From Octopus bimaculoides (lineage: Eukaryota): 52,664 bases of DNA. Made by a program: the position numbers and the translations under genes. This document shows positions 13,285 through 26,361 of the stretch, one piece after another (position 1 is the stretch's first letter; each line of letters begins with the position of its first letter). The notes beneath the pieces were generated by a model. It was not told where the DNA came from and ran no database searches. It worked only from the letters and a program-made list of their open reading frames with translations. The stretch lies in assembly GCF_001194135.2 (NCBI RefSeq), contig NC_068995.1, positions 44,960,054 through 45,012,717 of the forward strand, written 5' to 3'.

Positions 13285-15011
13285 ACATCTATCTATTTAT
13301 ATATTATATATATCTATTACCTATGTATCTGTATATATGTATGTATGTATGGATGGATGGATGCTTGTGTATGTTGTGTGTGTATTTGTATATTTTGTCT
13401 GTCCATTTATGTAGCTGTGTGAAAAGTATTATCGGTGAGTGTGTATGCGTGTGCGTTTATATATCTATATGTGTTTTAACTTGCTATGAATGTTTAAATG
13501 TTTATAAGTATATAACCAGATGTAGTGCACAAATGTGTGTGTGTGTGGATGTGTGCCTGTGAATGTGTTTGTGCACGGGTGTGAGTGTACGTGTCACACA
13601 TACTGTGGGGTTTAACACACACACACACACACCCATACATATATATTATATGTAATGAACACACACACAGACGCTAACATATGTGTGTGTGTAATTATTT
13701 CAGCTCTGTTTTAACATATGATAGACATAATGTCAGTTTATATGTTTATTTAACATACANNNNNNNNNNATATATGTGTATGTATGTATGTATGTGTATA
13801 TATATGTATATATATCATGTTATCTCCATAACATCACTTCCTCTCTTAGTGCTGGCTTTTAAACATGCACTCACACACACATATATGCTAAGATATACAC
13901 ACATATACATTTATACATACACTTCCAGCAAAGAATGTTACAGTAGTGTGTGTAACTCTGGTATGTGCTAAATGTATACACGAGTAAATTTCTATGTATG
14001 TCACTTTCCTTTTAAGCCAAATGTGTATGTGTCTCTGTACATGTATATTCATAGGTTCATGAAAATGTGTGTATGTGTGTGTGTATGTGTGTGTGTATAT
14101 ATATATATTATGTACACACACACACATATATGGAATATACCCAGCATGGAACTGAAATCATAATTCAAATAATGCCTCAATCTATTTATTATGCAGTGTA
14201 TATATATTTATTAGTAGCAATATAATGTATGTATGTAATAAATTCCGTGGAGGTCGACTTTGCCTTTCATCCTTTTGGTTGTCAATAAAAATGAGTACCA
14301 TTTGAACACTGGGGGTCAGTGTAATCAATCGACTTACCCCTTCCCTCAAAGTCCCTTGTGCCAAGAATTTAAAATCTATGCACGTACGTATGTGAGGAAC
14401 CAAACTAGCGGAATCGTTAGCTTGGCAGGCAAAATGCTCAAGTGGCATTTTGTTTATCTTTACATTCTGAGTTCAAATTCCACTGGGGGTCAACTTTACC
14501 TTTTGCCCTTGGGGGGGGGGGGATGCAATCTGCTTAACCCCTCCTGCAAGCTTGCTGGACTTGGACCAATATTTGAAACCAATATGTGTGTGTGTGTGTG
14601 TGTGTGAGTGCCATGCTGGCATAAGCTGGACAGTTTGACAGGAGGTGGTAAGGTTGGGAGCGGCACCCAGCTTCATTGTATTCTTTGGCATGGTTTCTGT
14701 AGCTGGATGCCCTTCCTAATGCCAACCACTTTACAGNNNNNNNNNNNNNNNNNNNNNNNNNNNNNNNATATGTGTGTGTGTGTGTGTGTGTGAGTGCCAT
14801 GCTGGCATAGGCTGGACAGTTTGACAGGAGGTGGTAAGGTTGGGAGCGGCACCCAGCTTCATTGTATTCTTTGGCATGGTTTCTGTAGCTGGATGCCCTT
14901 CCTAATGCCAACCACTTTACAGAGTGTATGGGTGCTTTTTATGTGGCGCCAGGACCAGTGGTTTCTGCATGGTACTAGCACCAGTACTTTTTATGTGGCA
15001 TTAGCACCGAC

Positions 15012-15051
<40 letters not shown>

Positions 15052-17129
15052 TATATATGTGTGTATATATATATATATATGTGTATGTATATATATATAT
15101 ATGTGTGTGTGTGTGTATATATATATATATCATCATCATCGTCGTTGTTTAATGTCCGCTTTCCATGCTAGCATGGGTTGGACGATTTGACTGGGCACTG
15201 GTGAAACCAGATGGCTACNNNNNNNNNNGATGCCCTTCCTAACGCCAACCACTCCGAGAGTGTAGTGGGTGCTTTTACGTGCCACCCACACAAAGGCCAG
15301 TCAGGCGGTACTAGCAACGGCCACGCTCAAAATGGTGTATTTTACGTGCCACCCGCACAAGAGCCAGTCCAGGGGCACTGGCAACGATCTCGCTCGAAAG
15401 ACCTTACATGCACATATATATATATATACACATATATAGATGCATGCAAACCCAGATAACCATACACATGTATACGCACACACACACACACACATCATTT
15501 ATCTTTGACCTTTTACTTGTTTCAGTCAGTAGACTGTGGCCATGCTGGGGCACTGCCTTGAAGAATCTTTTAGTTGAATGGATTGACCCCCCCCCCCCCC
15601 AGTGCTTACTTTTTGTTTCTTTTTTAAGCCTGGTACTCGTTCTATCAGTCTCCTTTGTTGAACTGCTAAGTTACAGGGACATAAACATACCAAAATCAGT
15701 TGGCAAACAGTGGTGGGGGATAAACACACACACACACACACACATACATGATGGGCTTCTTTCAGTTTCTACCTACTAAATATCTACTCACAAGTCTATA
15801 GTAGAAGGCTCTTACCCAAGGTGCCACACAGTGTCCTCGGTTATAAAAAGATTCCTCAATTCTGCTCTGTGTACTAGAGATAGCAGCTAAATTTCCCTCA
15901 TATAACACACGCTTCAGTCTTAAAGGAAAGACACATTCAGCAATTGAGTAGTTTTAGAAGAGATGGTCATAGCTAGAGTGCCATTGATGACAGGCCTGCC
16001 TGTCCAGAGTTGACACAGGGCTAAACTACAACAACAGCAACAATCACAGAAGTATCAGCAAGCTGAAGGAGCCTCTATGTGGTCACCTGACCTACTAGAA
16101 GTAGCAGTTAAAATCTCCCTCGGAATCAAACTTCAGCATCTTAGAAAATGGCATCCTGGATAGAGTGGTGTTTACTTTATTGTAAGAAGGAAAATATACG
16201 GGATGGTCATCATTGGAATGACTTTGATCCTGTAGCTGCTTCGTCAGGACTGACCTAGAGCTAAAAAAAAACAGCACCACCACCACCAACAACAACAACA
16301 AGATGAGAAAATAAAGAATATTGTGAGATGGTAGTGCACCAAGAGATTGATGAAATACCCAAGAATATTGATCAGTTATTGATCTTTGGAGATGAATCAG
16401 ATAAAATAGGACTGGAATTATCTGAATATAAAATAATCATAATAATGTTGTTGTTGTTGATGTTGTTGCTCATATTGTTATATACACACTTTTAACTCTC
16501 TCTTTCTCCACCTCTCTCTCTCTCTACAAGATACTTGCCCAAAGTATCACACGGTGAGACTGAACCTAAAACCATCTGCTTGGGATAGCCACACATATAT
16601 GCCTACCCATACACACACATTCATACACATATATATACATTTATGCACACACACACACACATATATAGATAGGCGCAGATGTGGCTGTGTGGTTAAAAGC
16701 TTGCTTCTCAATGACATGGTTCCAAGTTCAATCCCACTGCATGGCATCTTGGGCAAGTATTTTCTACTATAGCCTCGGGATGACCAAAACCTTGTGAGTG
16801 GATTTATTTGCAAGATGGAAGCTGAAAGAAACCTGTTGTATGTGTGTGTTTGTGTTTCAGTAATAGAAGGTGGTAGTTCTATGTTTAAGTTTACATTTTG
16901 AGTTGAAATGTAGGTGATTTTCCTAGTCAAACACTTTTATATAAAGTTGTAATAAATATTCATCAAGCAAGCTTTTGATATGAATGTGAGACATTTTATA
17001 TTAATTTCATTTTCCTACAGAATAATATAAATAATTCTGCTAAGCTGTCATGCTCTATATGATAATGATAAATTTATGAATAAATTTCCTTTTTATCTAA
17101 TAATTGTTTGTTGATTTCTTCTTTGAGAT

Positions 17130-17995
17130 GCCTTGTACTTGTGTGAATGAGGCAGACAACTTCTGCTACATTTGTTAGGATAAAGCTGGGTTCTTGCGAA
17201 CAACATATTTAGATGTTATGGGTTTCCTGTAATAGGAGTGGAGGAGCTGCACTCTGTTGTTCACAGCCTCTAACCAAAGTTCAGCATCAAGGACAAGGGT
17301 GCCTAGTGGGGTAATCTATAGTTACCTTGATACTTTGGTGGATTAGCTACATGTTGGATGCTCTCCAATTTGTTCCTCTCGGTTTCTATATCCATGCTAT
17401 TCACTACACAACTTGCAAGGTTGTTGGAGTGGTTGCAACTACTGATTCTATTAAGATCTTCCGTGCTCACGCAGACATTCGGGAACATTTCAATGAGTGG
17501 TTGTAATTCTTGTGAGAGGAAGTAGGATAGTCTATAATTGCTGGTGATATTCACTCCGCAAACTGGCTGGGTTGGAGGCCCCATAACAGGGTTTATGGGC
17601 GTTACATAACCTGTATAGGGTAGGAACATCATTGTTGGATGCTTGAAAATTTTGTGCAGTCCATTTCTTGGGTTAGAGTATGTTACACCACATTCCCATG
17701 TGTGCATTGAGGAATTTTCCCACTCCTTTATGTTCCAGTGGTGCAACTTCTCTCATGCTACTGATGTGTTCGTTGTTGCATTATTCTGTGGACTGTCCAT
17801 TGACAGTCTGCCAGATTTACCCATAGGGAGGCACACTAGTTCTCTGTTCTTAATTCGCTGTTACAGTTTTCTTAGGCCTTTGGCAACAGATGTACTGAAT
17901 TGGTGGGTCTCCCATTCATTATGTTTTTTTAGTGGTTTTGTTGTACCGGTCTAAGATATGTCGGAGTCTATTTCTAGCTAAGGAAATTTTTGCTT
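17130..17995 (-). mobile_element. Penelope-like retroelement (PLE) reverse-transcriptase remnant, internally deleted
   Basis: Hand translation with stops and frameshifts: KGLRKL-QRIKNRELVCLPMGKSGRLS (PLE xxxxADKG region), GPPTQPVCG...LSYFLSQELQPL...CVSTEDL, and LHSYYRKPITSKYVVRKN (PLE thumb YRKP motif). Most of the catalytic core is missing. Confidence 0.75.
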
Positions 17996-18085
17996 CAGCG
18001 AATTAAGAACAGGGAATTAGTGTGTCTCCCTATGGGCAAATCTGGCAGACTGTCAATGGACTGCCCACGGAATAATGTGTAGACC
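17996..18085 (+). mobile_element. Inverted partial copy of the same PLE RT segment
   Basis: 17996-18077 is the reverse complement of 17779-17860 (7 mismatches in 82 bp) and reads QRIKNRELVCLPMGKSGRLSMD on +. Confidence 0.75.
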
Positions 18086-18501
18086 ATGCAACAAATCTGT
18101 GGTGTGATACATACCCCCTTGTTGAAGGGTAAGTTTGTGGGGTAGATCCTTGTCATTGGGGTTATAGTGTTATTGTTTTGAGTGATGTCAATGTTGGTAG
18201 TGGGGTGGATGATGTGGTTGGCATTGCTGTCTGTGCGTTGGGTATTGTTGTCACTGCTGTTGTTGTTGTTATTATGGTTGAGTAGGGAATGTCGTGGTTA
18301 TTATTGTTATTGTCACTATTGTTGTCGTCATTAACATCGCTATTGTTATTGTTGTTGTTTTGGTTTCGTATGTGTGTGTTGTTGTTGTTGTTGTATTGTC
18401 CTAATTTCCATCTTATTTTGAAGAACGTTTTTTCAATCTCAGACAGACGACCAATTTTTCTGACCTTCTTATACGTAGTAAATTTTGGTGGTAACTCTAA
18501 A

Positions 18502-18536
<35 letters not shown>

Positions 18537-20690
18537 AAGGTGTATATATGTGTGTGTGTGTGTAAATGGATACCTATATGAACAGGTAGACATACAGATA
18601 GATAGGTACATAGATAATACGGACAGATGGGTATACATACACACACACATGCATGCATACATACATACAAATGAAGACTGAAACACACACATCCATACAT
18701 AACAGACGTACAGTCACACACATAAAATACTTGTTCCTTTTTGCTTTCAGCCGTCCAGGAAAACACAAGTTATGATATTATGTCGTGCAGTTTTATATTA
18801 TATCGTAAAATATTCTTGGATGATTTGAATTTATTTATTATTTCATTAACAGCAAGAAAGACTTCAAAACAAAACATTTTGGAAATATATTTTCAAATGA
18901 TCAGAAAAATTTATTTAGTTGTTTCCCTTGAATAAATATGAATTATTTCCCTTACTTCCAATTGAAAATACTTCACTTTTTGCTCACAAAAGAAAATTTC
19001 TTTGATAGTTCTTAATGGTTATTATTATTTATTAATGATTTTATTAGATTAATTAAAAGTTAATTCCTTAAAAAATCATATTCATTTTTCGTCTCCTCAA
19101 ATTATGCAGTTGCTATTCCTCTCATACTTGGGATGGTTGTTAAATGTTAAAATGTATTACATAAACTGTTTATGTTTGCTTGGTCTACCAGAATATTCAC
19201 TTTAACACTTCAAAAGGTTTGATATACATTACTAAGAAAAATTTAAAAAAAAGATAGCTTACAGCGTTCAGGTGTTGTACAACTTTGTTAGAAAAGGGTA
19301 AAAAAAATGGAGACAGAAAACAGCAAATGATAGCCAAAAGTACAAATATTGTAGACAAGATAAAAGACAAGAAGATAGAAAAGTGAGCAGTAAAAGAGCC
19401 ATGAAAAGGAAAGGGTGCATAGGGTGTTGATGAATTTCATAAAGCATGAAACATTTGAAGGATATAGTGTCCTTACATAGCTGACAACCTGATGTGGGAT
19501 GCTTATTCTATGCTTTGACAATACTAAGCATGAAAAATGTTTCTAAAAGTCATGGATGTTGCATCGTTTTTTTGATTTTATAAGCCTGTCAATGGGTGGT
19601 AGAGATATTGAACTCAAACAGTGGCCAAAGTTGTTGTTGGAAAGATGGTGGATAATCTTGTGGGCTTTGCTGATAAATGTTAAAACTTTAGTATGGTAAT
19701 GCCCAAAATATGGAGCACAAACCAGTCAGCTAACCTGTCAGATCCCGTCAAACCATTTGGTCCACACGAGTTGGAAGATTGACGGCAACGACTATCATCA
19801 TATGTATCTGACAATTATATTAGGAACCACAATCGAAACATTGTCAATCCTGTTGACTTTGACTTTGGTTTGCTGTCAAGAAGAATGGTCACATCAGAAA
19901 AGCTATCCAACAATAACTTGAAAGGATCTGAATGGTGATGGCACAATAACACATATGAGCATGGTGGTGGTGATTGTGGAGTGTTTGAAAATACTATTAT
20001 AACTGCAATGCGCGAGCAAGCAATATGTTCTTTAATTGTTCCATTGTGTGATCTTTTTTTATTTTTCGGGTTTTTATAATATAAAACTACTTTTTCTTAA
20101 TATCCGTCAATTTGCTGTTCTCCTGAACTACATAACACTGCACTGACACTGCATAACTCTGTACCAATATTATATAAAACAATGTACTGAAAATATATGA
20201 CATTGTACCGATAGTATATAATACTGTAAGCATCACCATCGTTTATTGTCAGCTTGCTGTATAACACTGATACTAAATAATGGCTAATGCTACATAACAT
20301 TGTATAACTGATACTATGTATAACATACTAGAGCAATTATTAACTGGAAAATGACTTGAATTTTCCACAGAATCCATTATTCTCTTTCTATATATTGTTA
20401 CTCTCCTTCTCTCCGTCTTTCTCTTCAGATTCCCGTCATCCTCTTTCTTCCTCACTTTAGAATTGTTCTTTCAACCGATGGCCACCTAATTCGTTTTAAT
20501 CCTCTTCCAATAATTCATCTAATTAGTTGAGTGCCAAATTAGGCAATGTTTGTATTAATCTTGGTCATTTTATTCTGTCCGATTTGAGAAATATACCAAT
20601 GATAAGAAAGCAAAGATAAAAAGTAATTAAGATCAAGTGTCTCTATAGAAAAGGAATAACTTTTTCAAGTAAAATAAGAAGATTATAAAC

Positions 20691-21850
20691 TTATAAATTA
20701 TGTAAATTAGACATTTGTTTCATGTGATCTTTTGCCAATGTGACTACCCCTGATAAATCAAGCATGTCATCAGAGACTCTTAAATAACGACATTTGTTTA
20801 GATCTTTCCAAACTTTAATCGGCTTTTCTTGGTGATCTTCAGTCGGCTTCGTTTCCACAACTGAATTGAAATGAATTGCCTGTTGAGATTTTCTCAGTTG
20901 TTTATTCTTAGGGCTTAACATACCTTTACGAAATAGGGTGTCATCTGTTGATGCTTTGTTTAGGTATAGTCTAGTATTTTTCTCAGACGCAGATACAAAA
21001 CTGTCCAGGTTGTCAAGGAAATTTTTTGTTTTGTTATTGAGGTCTTTGCATTTGTTAACTTCGCTCTGCAAACATCTCTTTCGTTTTTCTTCAGACTGGT
21101 GTTCACCAAAATGACATCCAGCAATATCGCTATCAAATTCCGTTTGCCATGTTGTCTCAGTATTCTGTAAATAATCTATAGATGAAGGCTTGGTATATTC
21201 TATGTGTGATGAAAACTTCATGTCAGGAGGGATGGGTGCTGTCTTTGGTCGTGTAATTTGAGCTGTTTGTTTGTCTCTTTTACTCAAAACTGATGTCGCT
21301 GGTCGCAGTCGGACGCTATTTCTTCTCTTAGATGTATTTAGTAATGCTGATAAGCTACTTATTTTATTCTCACCCCTACCGATTTGCATCATTTCTTCAG
21401 CACTTTCTTCGGAGCTTATAGAACTCAAAATACTTTCATCTTGTCCAAAAAGGAAATTTTTCACTGCCAACTTTGAAACTTCCTGAAGTGTAATATTCGG
21501 TTCCAGTTTCAGGCACCTGTAAGCAGCAGCAATTTTTAAAGCACTGGTTGAAACTGCAGAAGGGAAATGATTACCAAGTTTCTCTTGAGCCTCCAACTCC
21601 CTTACCTGACATATTTCTTCAGCAGTAAGGTTAGATTTGATGTGGGAAATTCTCTCTCTCAGTCCTTTCAAATAAACTTTCAGAATGCGCAAGTCAAGTT
21701 CAAAAACTTTCGATGAGTATTTTCTCTCCATGTCGATGGTCTGCAGGCATTTTTGAAGGCAACGTTCTTCTCTGAGGTTAACTACAATGGCAACGAGTTC
21801 TCGGTTAGCTCCAGCTGGCGACATCATGGGTGATAGGGGACGGTATAATG
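20691..21850 (-). CDS. Large coding exon of an uncharacterised ~380-aa protein (predicted helical N-terminus), possibly CCDC190-like
   Basis: 1.16-kb stop-free, non-repetitive frame in AT-rich DNA; acceptor tttctttttctattcaccag at 21853-21851; first ATG at 21827 gives 378 aa ending in TAA at 20693-20691. N-terminal LREERCLQKCL...ERK and C-terminal WKDLNKCRYLR recall CCDC190-type proteins from memory only. Confidence 0.85.
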
Positions 21851-21969
21851 CTGGTGAATAGAAAAAGAAACAATACAAAATATTTCAACAATAGCAACAA
21901 TAATAACAATCATCATCATCATCATAACCACAACCATCATTTTTTACATCTACTTTTCCATACTTGCAC

Positions 21970-22850
21970 TGGTTAGATGGGTTGTTTATAACATGGCATC
22001 TCACCATTTGTTGCATCATTTTGCCATCTCCTTTGTGCGGTTCAGCATCCTGAAATCAACTCTTACCACTTCTACCCATGTCTCCCCTGGTCTTCCTCTT
22101 CCACAACTTTCTTACTTCTTTATCCCAACTGCTACATGTTTATACCAGAACAGTCATCTGTCTCTTACATACAACATCTAATTTCGCATATACTCAATAA
22201 CCCTGAGACCATTGACCTCAACATGAAGGGACTGTGTGCTCAACAAAAGCTTCAAGCTGAGACTGTTTAAAAACTTTACTTGTGTTGTATGAGTGTGAAA
22301 ACACAGACTTCTAAAGGTGGCTGCAACTAAGCAATTGAGGGCGTTTGAAACGACATATTAGAAGCAAGTGTTGTGAGTATCAATAGGGCAGATTGCAGAA
22401 TGCATCAGTCCTGAAGAAGGCAGGATGAAATGAAATTCTGATGATAGCCCTCAGGTGATGAAAACTAATATTATGGACACATTATCAGGACTCACAACTT
22501 TTGTATTCATATCACTGGAAACTGGGTGAGTGGATGGGGGGGGGGGGAAGAAGATGAAGGGATAATATACAAGACTGGATGGGAAGGACCCTGATGGAAT
22601 GCAGCATGTGGCAAAAGATGGTAGTTGTGTATGAGGTTTCTTCTTTTACTGCTGATCTTTGGCCATGGAAATGGACAGATTCATTTAGCTGTTTGTACCA
22701 TGTCACACATCCAGTTAAGCATACTTGTTACATTTCTCTCCAACCTTCATACATCCTTGACTTCCAGAGCCAGCATTTCATTATCCTGCAGCACTGCAGT
22801 TTGTTCACAAACATCGTACGATCTACTCTCTTCTCACAAATCATAGCAAT
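21970..22850 (-). mobile_element. RTE LINE 3' remnants, interrupted by an opposite-strand LINE piece (22240-22400) and a SINE tail
   Basis: RSYDVCEQTAVL...RLERNVTSMLNWMCD (22690-22850) and GRGRPGETWVEVV (21970-22190) match the RTE C-terminal region. Confidence 0.65.
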
Positions 22851-24956
22851 AATAATAACTAGAAGAAGATACATACACACAAACACATAATACAAACCCA
22901 TCACTTTTTGAAAATTTTATAATAAAAAGGTGTCACTTTTAAGTTCGTAGTACCCACAAAATCGACTACAATTGGTTGAGGGATGGGGGTGTTTTTTTTT
23001 TTTTTTATAAAATTTTTTTTTGTTTTGCTAAAAGTATGCTCTCCATTGTTTCCAGGGCATCATGAAAAAAAAAATCTAAAAAATCCGTCAAAACGGAGAA
23101 ATTCCAACTTTTGTGTGTTGATATCCACCTAATATTTTATATCTTNNNNNNNNNNNNNNNNNNNNNNNNNNNNNNNNNNNNNNNNNNNNNNNNNNNNNNN
23201 NNNNNNNNNNNNNNNNNNNNNNNNNNNNNNNNNNNNNNNNNNNNNNNNNNNNNNNNNNNNNNNNNNNNNNNNNNNNNNNNNNNNNNNNNNNNNNNNNNNN
23301 NNNNNNNNNNNNNNNNNNNNNNNNNNNNNNNNNNNNNNNNNNNNNNNNNNNNNNNNNNNNNNNNNNNNNNNNNNNNNNNNNNNNNNNNNNNNNNNNNNNN
23401 NNNNNNNNNNNNNNNNNNNNNNNNNNNNNNNNNNNNNNNNNNNNNNNNNNNNNNNNNNNNNNNNNNNNNNNNNNNNNNNNNNNNNNNNNNNNTTTTTTTT
23501 TTTTTTTTTTGGTAATTTTAAAATTAGGTCAAATTTTTTAATTTGGTACATTGACGTAAATTTTAAATTTTCACACTGAATCTGATGATATTCACTTTTT
23601 TCAGAAAAATGCTTTTAGAAAAATGTTACAGAAGTCTGAAGTTAGATTATTTTTACCCAATCAGGAAACAGGATTTGGAAGCTGGCATTTTGCGTGAGAT
23701 GACGGAACATTCAACAATGGAAGTTTTGATGAGTAGTCACGTGAAATGTCGGAACAGGTATGTTAACAATATATATATATAAAAAAAAGAAAAATCCTCA
23801 ATGAATTTTTTTTTTATTTTGTGAAATATTACAATACATGTTTTGTAACGAATATTCAAAAACGAAAGTCTGCGATACACTTTAAGAGTTTATCAAACAA
23901 ATTACAATTTTCTATCTCTTGCGCCACATAAACTCACAGAGGTACGAGTCAATCATAGGATGGTGGGTTCCACAGTGTCGTTTATTCCCTTGTTCTATAC
24001 AGAGACCTATGTGCTTTCCACTTGTTGTATGTGGATATCATCTTTGGAGCTAATAAACTCAACTCTGTGGTACACTGTTCTCTTCGGTTTTCAATTTCTC
24101 CATTGTATTCGAAAGGTTAAACGAGTTGGCTGCGGCCATACTTCTATTTATGTTAAAAGGGCCCACGAAAACACTTCAAACTTATGAAAACGAGATAGTG
24201 ACAGGATAGCAACCGAAAATATCCGTTTCTCAAAAATAAACTTTAAAAAAAAAACCCAAAAAGTTGGCCTTTACTATGGAAACAGGCACCAATATGTCTG
24301 TGGCTTTCGACTGGCAAAAGTACACAAATTGTGTAAACTTTAAAAGCTATTAATTTTTTATTTATTAATTTACGGCAAAAATGAATTTCATTTCCATGAT
24401 TAGCGTACAAAACTACATTGATACATCAAGTTTGAAATCAATTGGAACAAAGAGAATTGAAAAGTGTGAACCAAACGGAAAAAGATGTTTTCACGGTTCA
24501 TTATTAACATGAAGGATATTAACACTGCGCCGTGTCAATAGATAACTTTTGCTTGTTGAAGCAGACAAAGTCCTGATAACCATTTCGATTTGTTTCGTTA
24601 AAACAATATGGCTGGTGGGGTGGCCTTGACTCTCTTTCATTTCCACCACTACCACCATCATGACTACGAACATCCTCGCCTCTCCACCACCACCACGATC
24701 CGTCCGTCCCTAGACACATTTTTAACTCGGCTGTAGCCAGAGAAACTATTGTTAACAAAATCTAATCGGTCTGCACCACAAAAAACCGGCAACTCTTTCG
24801 TTAGAGCGATAAGTTACATTAAAAATTCAAAAGTTCTTTGAAGTAGGACATCAATAACAACAAGAACAGCAACTGAGAGATAATAATTAAGTTGGCATGT
24901 AATAGACTTTCATCATCAGATACACACACACACACATATAGCATATATGAATATAC

Positions 24957-25122
24957 GTTTATATATATATATATACTGTATATATATGTATATACCTAGA
25001 AATAGTATATTATATATATATATATACTGTATATATATGTATATACCTAGAAATAGTATATTATATATATATACTGTATATATATGTATATACCTAGAAA
25101 TAGTATATTATATATATATATA
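24957..25122. repeat. ~50-bp tandem repeat (three units) running into an assembly gap
   Basis: ctgtatatatatgtatatacctagaaatagtatat repeated three times immediately before the Ns. Confidence 0.85.
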
Positions 25123-26330
25123 NNNNNNNNNNNNNNNNNNNNNNNNNNNNNNNNNNNNNNNNNNNNNNNNNNNNNNNNNNNNNNNNNNNNNNNNNNNNNN
25201 NNNNNNNNNNNNNNNNNNNNNNNNNNNNNNNNNNNNNNNNNNNNNNNNNNNNNNNNNNNNNNNNNNNNNNNNNNNNNNNNNNNNNNNNNNNNNNNNNNNN
25301 NNNNNNNNNNNNNNNNNNNNNNNNNNNNNNNNNNNNNNNNNNNNNNNNNNNNNNNNNNNNNNNNNNNNNNNNNNNNNNNNNNNNNNNNNNNNNNNNNNNN
25401 NNNNNNNNNNNNNNNNNNNNNNNNNNNNNNNNNNNNNNNNNNNNNNNNNNNNNNNNNNNNNNNNNNNNNNNNNNNNNNNNNNNNNNNNNNNNNNNNNNNN
25501 NNNNNNNNNNNNNNNNNNNNNNNNNNNNNNNNNNNNNNNNNNNNNNNNNNNNNNNNNNNNNNNNNNNNNNNNNNNNNNNNNNNNNNNNNNNNNNNNNNNN
25601 NNNNNNNNNNNNNNNNNNNNNNNNNNNNNNNNNNNNNNNNNNNNNNNNNNNNNNNNNNNNNNNNNNNNNNNNNNNNNNNNNNNNNNNNNNNNNNNNNNNN
25701 NNNNNNNNNNNNNNNNNNNNNNNNNNNNNNNNNNNNNNNNNNNNNNNNNNNNNNNNNNNNNNNNNNNNNNNNNNNNNNNNNNNNNNAGTTACAAAAAGCC
25801 TCATTAGTTTTAATTCCTTTCTCCCCCCCTCTTTCCTTTTTATATATTATTTATTTTATTATTTTTATCTTACAAGCATGTCTGGCAGATATTTATATGA
25901 TTACTGACACCATGACGCTTTTCACTGCTATCATCACAAGTTAAACCAGGACCGTCTTACAACAGCACTCTAAGTCCCTAGACGAAGTAAATGTTCTGGA
26001 GTCCCTACTTAGTTTAGTACGTGGCGAGTAAGGGTTACCTTGCTCGTACCCTCTCAGAGTACGAGACGGCATTTGTAGATGCGGAACAAAAAAGAGAGAG
26101 TATGCACGTTATTTACTTTTTTTTTCTTTAGTACATGGCATCTAGGACTACACGATTCAATGTGTCCTTTTTCAAATGGTAGAATGTAATTTACTGGGAT
26201 TTTAAATGTAATTTCTATCCACCAAAATAGGACGACGACCTCTGATCATCTTTGGGGACGGCCATATTTTTGCCAATTAACCCACACGCACTATGTACCC
26301 GTTCTTCACTTCAGCTTTATTATTATTCTT

Positions 26331-26361
26331 ACTAGCTGACCCCGTGCCGTCAAAAATGACG
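26331..26361 (-). mobile_element. Possible Helitron 3' terminus
   Basis: Minus strand cgtca-tttt-tgacg hairpin, 12 nt, then CTAG followed by T. The 5' end was not identified. Confidence 0.45.

Noticed and set aside
14582-14916. ~150-bp direct duplication around a 31-N gap
   Set aside because: Near-identical (one A/G difference) on both sides of a gap, typical of unmerged haplotype or contig overlap.
17303-17746. 147-aa ORF as an orphan host gene
   Set aside because: Flanking frames give Penelope-like RT motifs; it is a retroelement remnant.
22430-22470. CTGATGA...GAAA as a hammerhead ribozyme
   Set aside because: Stem II does not pair properly and no stems I/III were found.
22890-24480. 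Possible DNA-transposon ends around the 23136-23491 gap
   Set aside because: The composition suggests a non-autonomous element, but no matching TIR pair or TSD could be identified.
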